DNA of 64,000 nucleotides, from positions 310,001 through 374,000 of the forward strand of contig MNCI01000651.1 in assembly GCA_015680685.1 (NCBI GenBank). The letters are read 5' to 3'. This DNA comes from Gnetum montanum. Lineage: Eukaryota > Plantae > Gnetophyta. Position 1 is the first letter of the stretch. Every line of letters begins with the position of its first letter. Below, piece by piece: positions 51,003 to 64,000 of the stretch. The notes under the pieces are model-generated. The model worked only from the letters and a program-made list of their open reading frames with translations, was not told the DNA's origin and did not search any database. A program made the translations under genes and the position numbers.

Positions 51003-54000
51003 ACTACTACTATGGCTACCTATCTTGTTCCCTGCATGATGGAAGAATAGCTGTAAAATTGAGAACAAATTAGCACATATTACCTAAGACAAAACCATAA
51101 ATCAACTACATTACTAAAAATCATAATTTCAAAACAAATTAAGAAAAAAAATAAAATAAATAGAATGTACCTTTAACATCATGATTTAGTTGGTTAAGCT
51201 TGATGATCAATCTCCTCTTCAAGGGCTCCTCTATGACTAACATTATCTCATTAACCAAAGGCCTCTTTAATTTTTCTCTTGCTAAATCCTTAGGTTTAGA
51301 AAGAAACTTCTTGGCACATTTTCTTGTTCAATGTAGGGTTTGCTCTAAATACTTTCACGAGATGTAGAACAATTACCATCAATTCCCTTAATCATGAGAG
51401 ACAATGATTCATCCACACCCTTTGGTGGATCCTAGGCCTATATGATCAAAATAAGATGCCTCCCCCAAGGCCTAGTGAGTTGGGATGGGTCTTGAGTCAT
51501 CCATCATCAATCATTCCTAACTATGAGGAACTTTGAAAATCTTTGTAGGTATGCTACAAAGAATGTGAAATGTACATGGCATTTTGTCATGAGATTGTTT
51601 TGTAGCTTTAGGATTTCCCCATGAAACCCAAAAACCAAATGAGCAAATTAGTTGAATTGGGTGCCCTCAATAAGAAACTTCTTCATGGTCCATAATTGTT
51701 CAACATTAACTATTTTCCCCTATGATAGCAACATAGAAAATGCATGGGTTTAAAATAATGGATACATTTCTCTGGCCTCAAGAACTTGGAACTGGCTTAG
51801 AGAGAACCACTTATCATCATGGTGAGTATTTAACCACTTCTCCGCTTCCTCTCAACAATCCACCTGCTTCCCTACTTTGGTGACAATAAGCATGCCCTCA
51901 TTAGGGATACCAAAGAGGTCATTAAAGGTGCAATCATTAACATCCAATATAATAGTCACACCATGAATATGACTGACAAACCTCTTAACTTCTTTGCTAA
52001 AGGATTTGATGATGTTGATCATCTTTGTATTGGGAATGACTAGGCTTGGGGCCATGAAGATATTAAGCAAACCTACATGAGCAATCCTTGCCTAAATAGC
52101 CTCAAATTCCTAATCAACCAACTAGTGTTGTGTAGGTTCCACATGACAACACCTAAGGATTAATGTCTTCTCAATGCATCTTGGAGTGATTATAGTAACT
52201 TCAGATGATGGCACAACTCATACAACATAATAAAAAATGGTCCATTAGTCTTGACATAGGTGCATCATGTCAAACAAAACATAACGAATATAACAAAATT
52301 TAAACAAAAACTAGTGTAGTCATTTAAACAACCAAAGCCTAAATAACCGAATGACCACATAACTAGGAAAACATTATCATGAGGATAACCAAAATAAGAA
52401 AACTAAAAATACTCACTTCACATATATGATAAAGGCATTATACAAACTCTATGAGATGGATTTGCTTTTGCATCATGAGATGGGTTTTACCACCAACTAT
52501 GTATTGTTCCATTGACGAGACACCTCTAGGAGGCCTTAGGATGATGTTTGATGTAATTATGAAATTCATCCTTAAATTGTTCCATTACCTCAAGCCTAAC
52601 TATTGGGCTTTTAGTAAATATTTCAAATGTTTTTTAGGCTAAGGGTAGAAGATTATCATCCTTGATGAATCCTTGATCATTTACCTTATACTTGTAGGTA
52701 AGTAAAATAATGAAAATTATAATAACTTAATTACATAACAAAAGAAAGATGAAAATAAATTTTTAAAAAATTATAAAAATTTCACATATCCTTCTATATG
52801 GTAGATAGTAATAGGGGGATTCTAAAATAATGTATGTATGTGATGGCCAACCATCAAGGTATTTTTGGTATTGTATTGGTTGAACTTGGGCATCTCCCAA
52901 ATTTTTCATAATTTGTGAGTGTCCACGGTGTTCATGTCAACATTGTTTTCACCCTTTGGATAGGTCTAAGGATTGTCAACTATGAACTTGATGATTATAC
53001 TAGAAGAGTGAGGCAAGATGATTTTTACAATAACAGCCGCTGTATTGGATTCTGAGTGTGACCAAATCATCACACTAAAGTGCTATAATAAGCAGACTAG
53101 GAACTCCCTTGCTCATGGCCTAATCCACAAAGATCAGTCTTTTCACTTCATGTTAGAAGGTGGATTGTTGGACCCAAACATATGAATACAACATAGGAGC
53201 CCCACTAGCTCAATCACTATTAGGACAAGCTTCAACAAGGCCCTATACCATCCAACAAGTAACCATCACAACCTTGTGTAAGCCAAAAGTAAAACTTAAT
53301 AATTCTGAAATAGCAAGAATCTCACAACTACCATGTCATCATTTCCACATAAACATAACAACAAAATTTACAATTTTCAACCTCTACGATTAAATAATAC
53401 TTCAACTAAGGAAAATAACACTTAGAGAAAAATACCATATAGAATAGTTCACACTTGAATGGAGATGACAATTTACAACCAAAAACGTGAAAGTGACAAT
53501 TTACAACCAAAAACATGAAAATGATAGTTTACAATTAAGATTTTTGTTTCCATGCTAAATTCCAAAATTATGAAAAACTAAAAACATAACGCAAGGCCAT
53601 AAGCCAAAATGTAAAAAGATTAAATAATAGCAAAACTATAGGAAATACCTATAGTAAATAACTGATAAAAAATATTAAAAATTTTAATTTAAGTCAAACC
53701 ACATCTAAACCCTCCTTAACACTTCAACCAATCCCTAGGAACATAGGATGTTGATGGAAAAAAGTTTTCAAAGTATCAACCTTGCCCATCTTCACAAGGG
53801 TAAAGCCTTAATAGCCCTAAAACCTTATTTTTCACCAATTTGCAAAGAAATTCATAAAAAAATTAATTTCTTATACAAATTTGATGATTCCATAGCACCT
53901 AGAATTGTAAAACCATAAAATACAAACCAAAAATAATAAAACATAAAAACCCCTAGCCTTTTTCACAAAAAACTACAAAAGTAACCTAACCGTAACTATC

Positions 54001-54700
54001 ATAGTCAAAACCCTATTTTGTGTGAGTTTATCGAAAAATTTTCCGAAAATTAACCATTAATCCAAATTCAATGATTTTTAAAGTTCTTATAATCCTTGAA
54101 CAATAAAATAAAAACTAAAATCCATAAAAATAAATAATTCATAACCATTTGTTATAGAAAAAATATCAGAATTACACCAAAAATAGCTAAAAATATTGAA
54201 AACCCACTTGACACTATCTCATAGAAACACCTAGAAAAAATTAACTGTAAAGTGAAATTGAGTGATTTAGAAACTAAATTAACCATAAAAAAATAGCAAA
54301 TAACCCTATAACCTAAAAATATTAAGATACCTAGCAGTTTTTAATAAACAAAATTCAAAAGTTTCATTGCCTTTTGGGTGGGAAAAAGTAGAAAACACAT
54401 AGAATTCATGGAAAATAGCATTTATACCATAACAGAGACAAAACCCAAAGCCCAAATAGCATCCAAAACATGTAAAAATAACCTATATCTATAGTGGAAT
54501 TTTCACAAAATTCCACTCCAACAAACACACAAGCCCAGATCTATGAAAACACAAAGGTTCTAGGCTACAAACAAAATAAACTCATGGAAAAATAGTTAAG
54601 GCTGTGTACCTAGGATAAGCAAAGTGGGAGTTTTCTACAATCTTCAAACATGGGCATTGGGAGAGGGCATGAGCTACTACATCCACCTCTTCCAAAATTG
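51003..54700 (-). pseudogene. 5' exons of the antisense accessory gene of element E
   Basis: HVGLLNIFMAP..INIIKSFSKEVKRFVSHIHGVTIILDVNDCTFNDLFGIPNEG aligns with B HVGFLDLFMVP..LHVINSFNKETNHFSTTILGVPIIIAVDEDTFYKLFHVSANG. The first donor is conserved (54609 vs B 17596). Confidence 0.75.
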
Positions 54701-55537
54701 GATTCTTAATAAGAGCCTTCCTTGTTGACATGATGGAAAACTAAGCAAAAATTGATGAAAATCTTTGAATGTTGGTAGGCTTGGGGGAACTACACTAGTA
54801 CTTAGTGAAGAATAACTAGGGAAATGCTAGGGCCAATGGTAATAGGTAGGGACAAAGCTTCAATCCTAGGCACAATAGCTTGGAGTGATGGAATAACAAT
54901 GATTTTGCAAGAATTGAAGCAAAGAAAACCAAGTTAAACCTAGGCATTCACCATTAAACCCTAGTTTTCATATAGCATGTTCACTTAACTCAGTGATCAA
55001 ATTGAAAAGTAAAACTATGCTACATGGATAGGAAAATAAGCCATTCAAGCTTTCCAATTCCGTATGGACCCCACTAGGCACTCAATAAGTAAACTAGGAA
55101 AATCATGACTACACAAGGATTTGAGCATTAGGAGCCTTGGAATAGATGCCAAATCCCATCCACTCCCAAAACCTAATTTATAACCCTACACCCATGCTAT
55201 AAAACATAAAGCTCAAGCTAGAAAATAAAATGTCAACATGGATATAAACTAAGTTGAGAAAAACCACAAAACTCATGACAAAATTTGTCATTCCATGTGA
55301 CTATGTTGGCCTAGAGCCTAACTATGCTAGCCCAGCATAGTCAAATGCAATATGATGTCTTTTACCAGTTCCAAGCAATTCACCTACACTATGATTTCAT
55401 TCATGAAACTCTATGATCAGAATTAGCACCTAGAACTTAACATTATTAGTCACCAAGCACCAAAATAGATCTAAATCCCAATCCAAATAGGTTCTCGGGG
55501 ATGACTACACTGGCAAGGAACATGACTATGATAACCT

Positions 55538-56645
55538 TGTTGAAATTTTGGTATGTAAAAACTTTAAGAAAAATGAAGAACATAGAATGTTGTGGAATGT
55601 GATGTTTTGTAGGGCTGAAGTAAGAAATGACATTTACAAAGAGATCTCAAAGTGGAGACTACAAGGACTTAAGGGAGCATAGACAAGTATGAAGAATACA
55701 AATGAAATGAAGATGCTCCAATTATAGAGAGGAAGTTAAATCAACAAGATGAAGGTTGAAGAACCAAAGTTTAAAAGCTAAGAAGACATCTCCTAGAAGC
55801 AGAAGATGTCTTTGCTGAAGTTGAACACATGTAGAGAATACATCTTCCAAAAACAAGAGATGTCTCCTTTCAAGATAAGGCATCTCCATAGAGATGTCTC
55901 CAAAAAGACATTCTACTATTAGAAGAGATGTCTCTTTAGAATGGAAGTCAATTTTAGAGAGATGTCCTAATCTCAAAGGAGACATCTGCACTATCCATTA
56001 GAAAACTATTGCATGAATTTTATGGTGATATTAGAAACTCCAACATAATAAGAAGACTTCATTCTCTTGGAAAATTTGCTAGCATTGAATATCAAATAGT
56101 AATCATTATGTACTATATTCTATTATACTTGTATTATAACATCATCTATTTGGATTGTTGTGAAAATATACTTTATTGACCAAGGAATTTTTAAATTGAG
56201 TTACATTATATCCTTGCAATTCTTTTTCTTTTCTTGCTACCTTGAGGTGTTGGTGTGCTTCTTGCAAGAAGGAAACTTGATCAAGCTTATTTGGATCCTA
56301 TGAGATTGAGTGTTTATACAATGTCATAACACTTCAAAGAAAAGCTTAATTTGTAAAGGTTATGGGATCCTTGAAACTATATTCTAAGTGCATTGGAACC
56401 ATGCAAGGTTGAGTGGTTTCTTACCAATGAAAAACTTTGGAGTGGAGCTTAGAGCTTGTAAAGGGTGAGGCATCCTTCAAACCACATTTTAGAAAAACAA
56501 AGTTCAAACATGTGCAAAAAATATACCCTCCAAGTGCAGACTATCCAAGTTGGGGAACCATGTCAAATTTGGGTGTGGTTTTTATGGAAATTTAATTTTT
56601 CTTTAGGGAACTTATTCATCCCCCTTTCTAAGTTCTTGATCCTCA
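55538..56645 (+). repeat. 5' LTR of H
   Basis: tgttgaaattttggtatg...gatcctca. Confidence 0.9.
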
Positions 56646-57199
56646 AGTGGTATTGGAGCCTGGTCATCTCTCATAGATAAAGCAACACAACCATAAAAGT
56701 AGCAATCTACATTATGTATAACTTGATAAGGAGAATTATATGGTTTATTAATTGATATTTTCAACTCCCATATCAAATCTGTAAAGGTAAATCCTTCAAT
56801 TATTTCTTTAAATTTAGGAATAGAAAAGACTATGACTATAGATTAATCAAACTTATGATAATCTAGATGATAATGGAAGATCAAATAATGAATTTTCTTT
56901 TGATGAAAGGCATGGTCTATTCTACCATGAAGTTATTTCTTTTCAAAGCTTATGTGTTAATATGAAAAATGTTTTATAGATTAAGGATATGAAAATTACA
57001 TCTCTTAATGATCAATTTTCTTATTTTAAGAAGTAAAAATCATATATTAAGGCTAAATTTCAAAGACTAACCAATGTGATTGAGTAGATGAGTAAGAACT
57101 CTTCAAAGAAAAAAAAAGACCAAAAGCAAAAAGATGGATGTCTAGGAGATTCTCAAGAAGAAAATCAATCTAGATTTGATAAAAAGTCAAATCCTAGAA

Positions 57200-60100
57200 T
57201 TTTAAATTGTTTCTTTTTTGGAAAATCTAATCATATTCAAGAATATTACTCTCTTAGAATGAATTAGTTCACTTGATCTTTGCAAAAGCATCCTGGTTAA
57301 GGAACTTTGTAGGTTTGGAACCAAAAAACTAAGGATGCCTAAAAAGAACTTGATGGTTCAAATAGCTCTCTTTGATGCCAAAACTAGCATGTGCTATAGT
57401 GAAAATGGATGTTTAAGGTACATGATAGGTGATAAAACCTATTTCACCCTCTTCATAGAACAAAATTATGAAATTTTTGTCACATTTGAAGATAACATGG
57501 AAGCTCAAATTATAGGCATTGGTACAATAGGAGGAAAAGATAAAGGAATACCTATTATACATTAGGTTTTCTTTGTTAAAGCCTTAAAACATAATCTTCT
57601 TAATGTTAGTCAACTTTTTTATTCAAATTTCAATGTTACTTTTTCTAAATAATCTTGTAGAATAAAAAAATTAAACACTAGAAACATTGTGATAGAAGGA
57701 ACTAGAAAGGGAAATTTTTATACCACTATTTTTGGAAATAATCCTAACCTTGAATCTAAGTGCTTAGGTAGTTGTACAAATGATACCCTCCTATGGCATA
57801 GGAAGCTAGGTCACATCAAGAAAGAAATTATTTAAACACTTGTAACAAAGGAAATGGTTCCTGGGCTACCCAAAATCAAATACTTTAATCTGAATATGTG
57901 CAAAGCATGCCAAAAAGGAAAAGAAACAAGGTTAAGATTTTGTAAGAAAAATTTTATATCTACCTCTTGTTCCTTAGATCTACTACATATGGATGTGGTT
58001 GGTCCTTCTTAAACACTTAATTTGGGAAAGAAAAGGTACTTTCTAACTATTGTTGGTGAATACTCTTGTTTTACTTGGGTTGCCTTTTTATATCACAAAG
58101 ACAAGGTATTTGATCATTTCTTAAGGATTTGCAATCTGATTCAAAATGAAAATAGCTATGGAATTTATGTTATTAGGGTTCACAATGAAGGGAAATCTAA
58201 GTTTGAGTAGTTTTATCAAATGAATGGCATACTTCATCAATTTTTTGCTATAAGAACTTAAAAAATGATTTTTTCAAAAGGAAAAACATGATTTTGAATG
58301 AAATGGAAAGGACTATATTGAATGAACGAAATCTTTCCTATCACTTTTGGGCTGAAGTAATTAACACTGCTTGTTATGTCTCCAATAAAAGTTTTGTAAG
58401 AATATTTACTTCTAAAAATCCTTATGAATTATGGACTGGTAGAAAACCTTTAGTGGGTTATTTTCATGTTTTTATTTCAAAATGTTGTATTCTTAATGAT
58501 AAAGATAATTTACTAAAATTTGATCCTAAAATCAATGAAGGTATTTTCTTAGAATATTTTCTAGTTAGTAGGGCTTATATATTTTTCAATAAAAGTACAA
58601 ATATTGTAGAAGAAATTATAAATGTTAAAGTTGATGATCATGACATTACCTCTCCACAACCTAATGATGAAGTTGTTTCTATTTAAAAACTATCCAGTTC
58701 CATTCAAGTTCAAGTTGAAAAAAAATTATAAAATACATAGTGAACATTAACAAAAGCAAGAGGATGAACTTGATGAAATTTCTCCAATTCAACCAAAAAT
58801 ACCTAGACTTAGTACAACACACTCCCTCAATGATGTCATTGGGAAAGTTCAAGATGGTGTTAGCACTAGAAGTCAAACCAAAGAAATTTATGTTTTTGCA
58901 ACCACTCTCTCTCAACTTGAACCCAAAAACTTCAAAGAAGCTAAAGGAGAAGAAGGCTGGATTTCATCTATGCAAGATGAGATAAATCATTTTACTAGGA
59001 ATAATGTATGGGAATTGATGCCTAGACTAGATCATACACCTATTATTGGAACAAAATGTGTCTTTAAAAAAAAAACTAATGAAAATGGAAATATTATAAA
59101 AAATAAAGCTAAATTAGTTGCCAAAGGATACAATCAACAGGAAGGGATTGATTTTGTTGAAACTTTTTGTTCTTGTTGCTAGACCAGAATCTATTATACT
59201 ACTTTTGACATACACTAGTATTAGAAATATTAAACTATATCAAATGCACATAAAACGTGCCTTTCTAAATGGAACCATATAAGAAGAAGTTTATGTTAAA
59301 GAAATTGAAGGTTTTATAGATCCCATCAAACCTAAAGCTTAAGAAGGCTCTATATGGTCTTAAACAAGCTCCTAGAGCTTGGTATGAAAGACTCTCTCAA
59401 CATCTCAAATTAAAGGGTTTCAAATGAGGTAAAGTTGATGCTACTTTATTTCTTAGAAGAGAAGGTAGTGATCTACTTATTGTTCAAATTTATTTTGGTA
59501 TTATTATTTTTGGTGTTACTAATGAAACTCTCTACAAGGAATTATTAAATCTTATGTAATATGAATTTGAAATGAGCATGATGGGAGAACTAAAAAATTT
59601 CTTGGATTTAAAATAAATTAATATAAAGAAGGAACCTTCATTTGTCAAACCAAATATTTCAAAGATCTTCTACTCAAATTCAACCTAGTTGTTGTGAAGA
59701 TAAAAAACACTTCTATGACTGCCAAATTTAAACTTACAAAAGATGATCAAGGAAAAGATGTTGATTAGAAGCTTTATAGAGGCAAGATAGGTAGTCTATT
59801 TTATTTATTTTCTCATAGACTTAACATAGATTTACATGTAAGAATGTGTGCTAGATATCAGGCCACTCCAAAATAATCTCATTTGAAAGAAATTAAATGA
59901 ATTTTTCATTATTTAAAAGTTGCTAATAACTAGGTTCTTTGGTATCTAAATGATTCTCCCCTTGATCTTACTAGATATTGTGATGTAGATTGGGTAGATT
60001 GGTCAAATGATCATCAAAGCACAAGTGGAAATTACTTATTTCTAGGAAGAACCCTTGTTTCTTAGACAACAAGAAAAGAAAATTCTACAATACTTTCTAT

Positions 60101-60400
60101 AGTATATGCTAAATATATCTTAGGTAGGAGTTTCTCTGCTTAACTTTTATGGATGAAATAAACACTTAAAGACCTAGGGGTCCAATCTCAATATACACCT
60201 ATCTTTTATGAAAACAATAGTATCATAAACATGATAAAAAATATGATTCAATTCATGTACCAAACACATTGAGATTCATCATTACTTTATATGAGAACAT
60301 ACTCAACAAGGGCACATAAAACTAGAGTTTATTAGAACTAAAAATCAAATAGATGATGATTAACTTCTCTATGTAACAATATGGAAATAGGATCCTATCC
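57200..60400 (+). pseudogene. pol: Degenerate Copia pol (knuckle remnant, protease, GAG-pre-integrase, integrase, RT, RNase H)
   Basis: CYSENGCLRYMIGDK, LWHRKLGHI, LLHMDVVGP, FWAEVINTACYV, MQDEINHFTRNNVWEL, KAKLVAKGYNQQEGIDF, LYGLKQAPRAWYE, YCDVDW, KHIEI. Confidence 0.95.
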
Positions 60401-60723
60401 TATCAAGAAAGTTTTCTTTCTTTTGTATTTTTATGTTTCTTTTTTTCTCTTATCATAAAAACAAAAACAAATCACAAAATAAAAAACACAATAAATCGTA
60501 TATGTATATTTTCTCTCTTGCACATGTTTAGGGGAAGTTCTTCTCCACTCCTTTTTGATGCTATCCAGAAGGGAAAAGAAATTTTATAGATTTCCACTAC
60601 TATATGTGATTGTTATGTGGATAACTAATGACATGGGTGATATTGAGAACATATAACTTCATGATTTCTAGAGACTACTAACCCATTTTCTTAAGTTTTT
60701 GACATCACCAAAAAGATGGAGAT

Positions 60724-61817
60724 TTTTAACCTTTTGGTATGTCAAAACTTTGAGAAAAATGAAGAACATAGAATTTTGTAAAATGTGATGTTTTATAGGG
60801 TTTAAGTTAGAAATGACATCCACAAAGAGATCTCAAAGTGGAGACTAAAAGGACTTAAGGAAACATGGATGAGTAAGAAAACTACAAATGAAATGAAGAT
60901 GCTTTAGTGATTTAGAGGAAGCTAAATCAATAAGAGGGAGGCTAAAGAACCAAAGTTCAAAACCTAAGAAGACATCTCCTAAAAGCAGAAGATGTCCTGG
61001 CCAAATTCAAGAACATGCAAAGATGATGTCTCCCAAAAATAGAAGACATCTCCTTTCAAGAGAAGACATCTCCATAGAGACATTCCACATTTATAAGAGA
61101 TGACTCCCTAGAATGGAAGTTAATTTCAGAGAGACATCCCAATCTTGAAGGAGACATATACACTAGTGGTTATATAGTCATTGCACAAATTCTGAGGTGA
61201 TTTTGAAAACTCTAAGGCTATAAGAATACTTCATTCTCTTGGAAAAAGTGCAAGCATTGAATATCAAATAGCAATCATTGTGTACTCTATTCTATTATAG
61301 TTGTATTATCACATTAGTTGTTTGGCTTATTGTGAAACTGTACTTCATTGATTAAGGAACTTGTAAATTCAGTTACATTTTATGCTTGTAATTCTTTTTC
61401 TTTTCTTGCTACCCTGAGGGATTGGTGTGTTGCTTGTGAGAAGGCATATTAATTGAGCTTGTCAAGATCTTATGAGATTGAGTGTTTATGCAATGTCAAA
61501 ACACTCTAAAGCAAAGCTCAAATTGTAAAGTTTATGGAATCCTTGAAATCACATTCTAAGCTTGTTAGAACCTTATGGTGTTGAGTGGTTTCATAGTGAC
61601 AAAAAACACTAGTGTGGATCTCAGAGCTTGTATAGGGTATGGTTCCCTTCAAACCATATTTCAGAGAAACAAAGTCTAGAGGTGTTCAAGAAATCTACCC
61701 TCTAAGTGGGGACTACCCAAGTTGGGAAACCACATTTAATTTCCATGTGGTTTTTATGGTGATTTAATTTTTCTTTGGAAAACTTATTCATCCATCCTTC
61801 TAAGTTCTTGATGCTCA
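60724..61817 (+). repeat. 3' LTR of H
   Basis: Direct repeat of the 5' LTR, preceded by the PPT. Confidence 0.9.
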
Positions 61818-64000
61818 AACCCAACATAGTCAAGATGGAATAAGTCTTTTCCCACTTATCAAGCTTACAATTGATACCATACACCCATGCCATGTTTCCA
61901 AAACCTCGCTAGAGCTCTTGGAAACTCCAAAAATCCATTAAATCCATCAAAAGTTGATAAAAAATTAACCAAAACCTATGACTATGATGAAGGGGGCTTG
62001 TGACTATGCTAACCAAATGTAGTCATAAGGTTTCCAAGTGGGATTGACCATAGAAAGAAAAATAAAACTTTAAAACTTCATTCAAAAACCTCCATACCTT
62101 CCTAGGACTCCTAGTGACCCTATATTATTAACAAATGAAGAAAAGAATCCATCAAAATGCATATCCCAAGAATGACTATGCTGATAATTGCATGCCTAAG
62201 CTAGGCTAGTGTAGTCATCAATAGAATCCAATGTAGTCCATATGAAAGACCTCAAAATAAGTCATTTCCAAGTTAAATCAACTTTCCCAAAATCTTAGAA
62301 CCCTGTCAAATTGGAAATCAAGGTAAAAACTCATAAATTTTCATCCCAAAACACATTTTCCAATCCCAAGGACAATAGAAATTGCATGCCTTCACTAGAC
62401 TAGTGTAGTCACTATTGGAGCCCAATGTAGTCGACATGTGAGATTCTAAAATAGTCCATAAAGAACTCAAACTAACTTTTGGAAAATTATAGAATCACAT
62501 GGACCATTAAACTCACCAGTTGTCATTCCAAAACTATCAACTATGTAGTGAATCACATGCTTATGCAAGGCTAACGTATTCATTAGTAGAGCCCTGTGTA
62601 GTCCACATGGAAAATTGAAGAATAGGCTAGAAAATACTGAAATCAACTTTTAGAAAGACCTAGAACCTTGCAAAAGCCTATTGAGATAACAAAAACCTAG
62701 GGATCAAGCCAAAACTCATTAGTTTTCATCACAAACCTCTCAACTACACTGAGGATTACATGTCTATGTTAGGCCAGTAGAGTCAAGAGGTATATGCCCC
62801 TTACAAGACATAAGAAACCACTAGAACTAATAATTTGATGCCAAAACCATAGCTAGCAATAGTAGTAATCTTGGGAGTCCATTAGCATGGTTGAATAGTC
62901 ATGGAAACTTACTTGAAATTAAAATTTTTGCATAACTACTTTGGGGAAGCTTGTAACTATGCTAGCCTAGCATAGTCTCAGTGTAGACATATTTTTTATC
63001 AAGGTTGACTCGCATCATACCACTCTAAATGACACAAAAATTGACTTGGGAAGTCCAAAACACTATTCAACTTCACCCAACTATAATTTCACTTTATTTC
63101 AATCATGGAAACATTAAACTCCACTCAACTATGCTAAAGCCATGCATGACTACATTAGCCTAGCATAGTCTAGTGGGAAATGCCATGAAAACCAATTTCA
63201 TTACCCAGTTTCAACTTTGGATTGACAAATTTAGTCCTTACAAGAGCCTACACTATTCTAAGAAGTTGGTAGAGCACTAATTCAAATTGTGGAATTCCAT
63301 GAATTTTTGTGTTCCATGTGATTACATGGGGGCCTACCTTGACTATATTGGCCTAGCATAATTAGCAATGGAAACATCATTTTTAGCTTCTAAAAGATGA
63401 AAAAAGAGTCAAAATGTGTCAATCTTCAATCCCAACCCCCTGTGCTAGCTGTATGAACCATTAGGAGTTCAAAAGTAACCATGTTAAACCTAGGAAATTG
63501 TTCATCAATGCTGACTATGCTAAGGATTATATGACTATGTTGGTCCAACATAGTTACTAGTAGAGCCCAACGTAGTCACTAGAAAAAGTGTTAGTTTTAC
63601 CTTGAAGAAACCCTAAAACAACCTCCTCATGTGCTGAGACTTCTGTATTAGCCCTATAACCTCATACCATGGCCCTCTAAGACCTAAAACTAGCAAAATC
63701 TAACTCTTTTTAACCAATATTAACTATCTTTTATCACATGTATTCCACTATGATTTATTTGATCTTGTTTCATGGTGTTTTGATCTATTTTGACCTTGTT
63801 GAACTTCACAATCCTTAGTTGACTTAATTTAGTTTCTACATAACTTTATTTTCATCATATTTTCCTTATTCTCCTTATTATGGCCTCTATTGACCTTTGT
63901 TAGCCTTTGGTTGGTGTTAGGTGATGGGGTTTGACCATTCTTAACCATCATTTGATACCATGTATCTATGGTCTACCAAGGTCTTAAACAGATAACATGG

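Larger units (their letters stand above)
55538..61817 (+). mobile_element. Element H: SIRE-like Copia with pol but lacking the capsid part of gag
   Basis: LTRs 55538-56645 and 60724-61817. TSD aacct/aaccc. PBS tggtattggagcc (56648-56660). PPT ccaaaaagatggagat. Confidence 0.92.
34574..64000 (+). mobile_element. Element E: Tat-type element related to B (LTR, PBS, gag, deleted protease, long intron-like region with antisense gene), hosting Copia elements F, G, H; continues beyond the window
   Basis: LTR-like 34574-35940, PBS 35947-35963, gag homologous to B, antisense exons homologous to B, distal region homologous to B 13.4-13.7 kb. Confidence 0.8.

Noticed and set aside
53465-53535. Short ~28-bp local tandem duplication (similar case at 44885-44950)
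   Set aside because: Ordinary slippage duplications with no further pattern.
60400-60723. Sirevirus env-like ORF in H
   Set aside because: Only ~300 nt of AT-rich DNA lies between RNase H and the PPT.

Overview
Plant nuclear DNA, probably a gymnosperm, judged from a captured CesA fragment resembling conifer secondary-wall CesA. No intact host gene is present: the window is a deep nest of decayed LTR retrotransposons. Five related Ty3/Gypsy Tat-type elements occur, with LTRs starting TGAAACACCA and a tRNA-Asn PBS where visible. A (1-2906, -, youngest) sits in the aRH of B. B (2907-29151, -) sits in the integrase of C (+), C sits in the integrase of D (+), and E (34574 to window end, +) starts in D's 3' LTR. 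B also carries a complete gag-protease-only element (5015-13343, TSD GTTAT) whose two ~2.3-kb LTRs each contain an intronless ~830-bp cellulose synthase C-terminal fragment. E carries three SIRE-like Copia elements sharing one LTR family: F and G are gag-only, while H has pol but lacks the capsid part of gag. The most unusual architecture is shared by B and E. Protease is followed by a ~10-kb intron-like region (shown to lead into RT in B) that holds a conserved antisense multi-exon gene and an array of an element-specific CAGCGT-core motif also found in that element's own LTR. Heavy CG/CHG deamination is seen everywhere except in A. All calls are by eye; no database searches were run.
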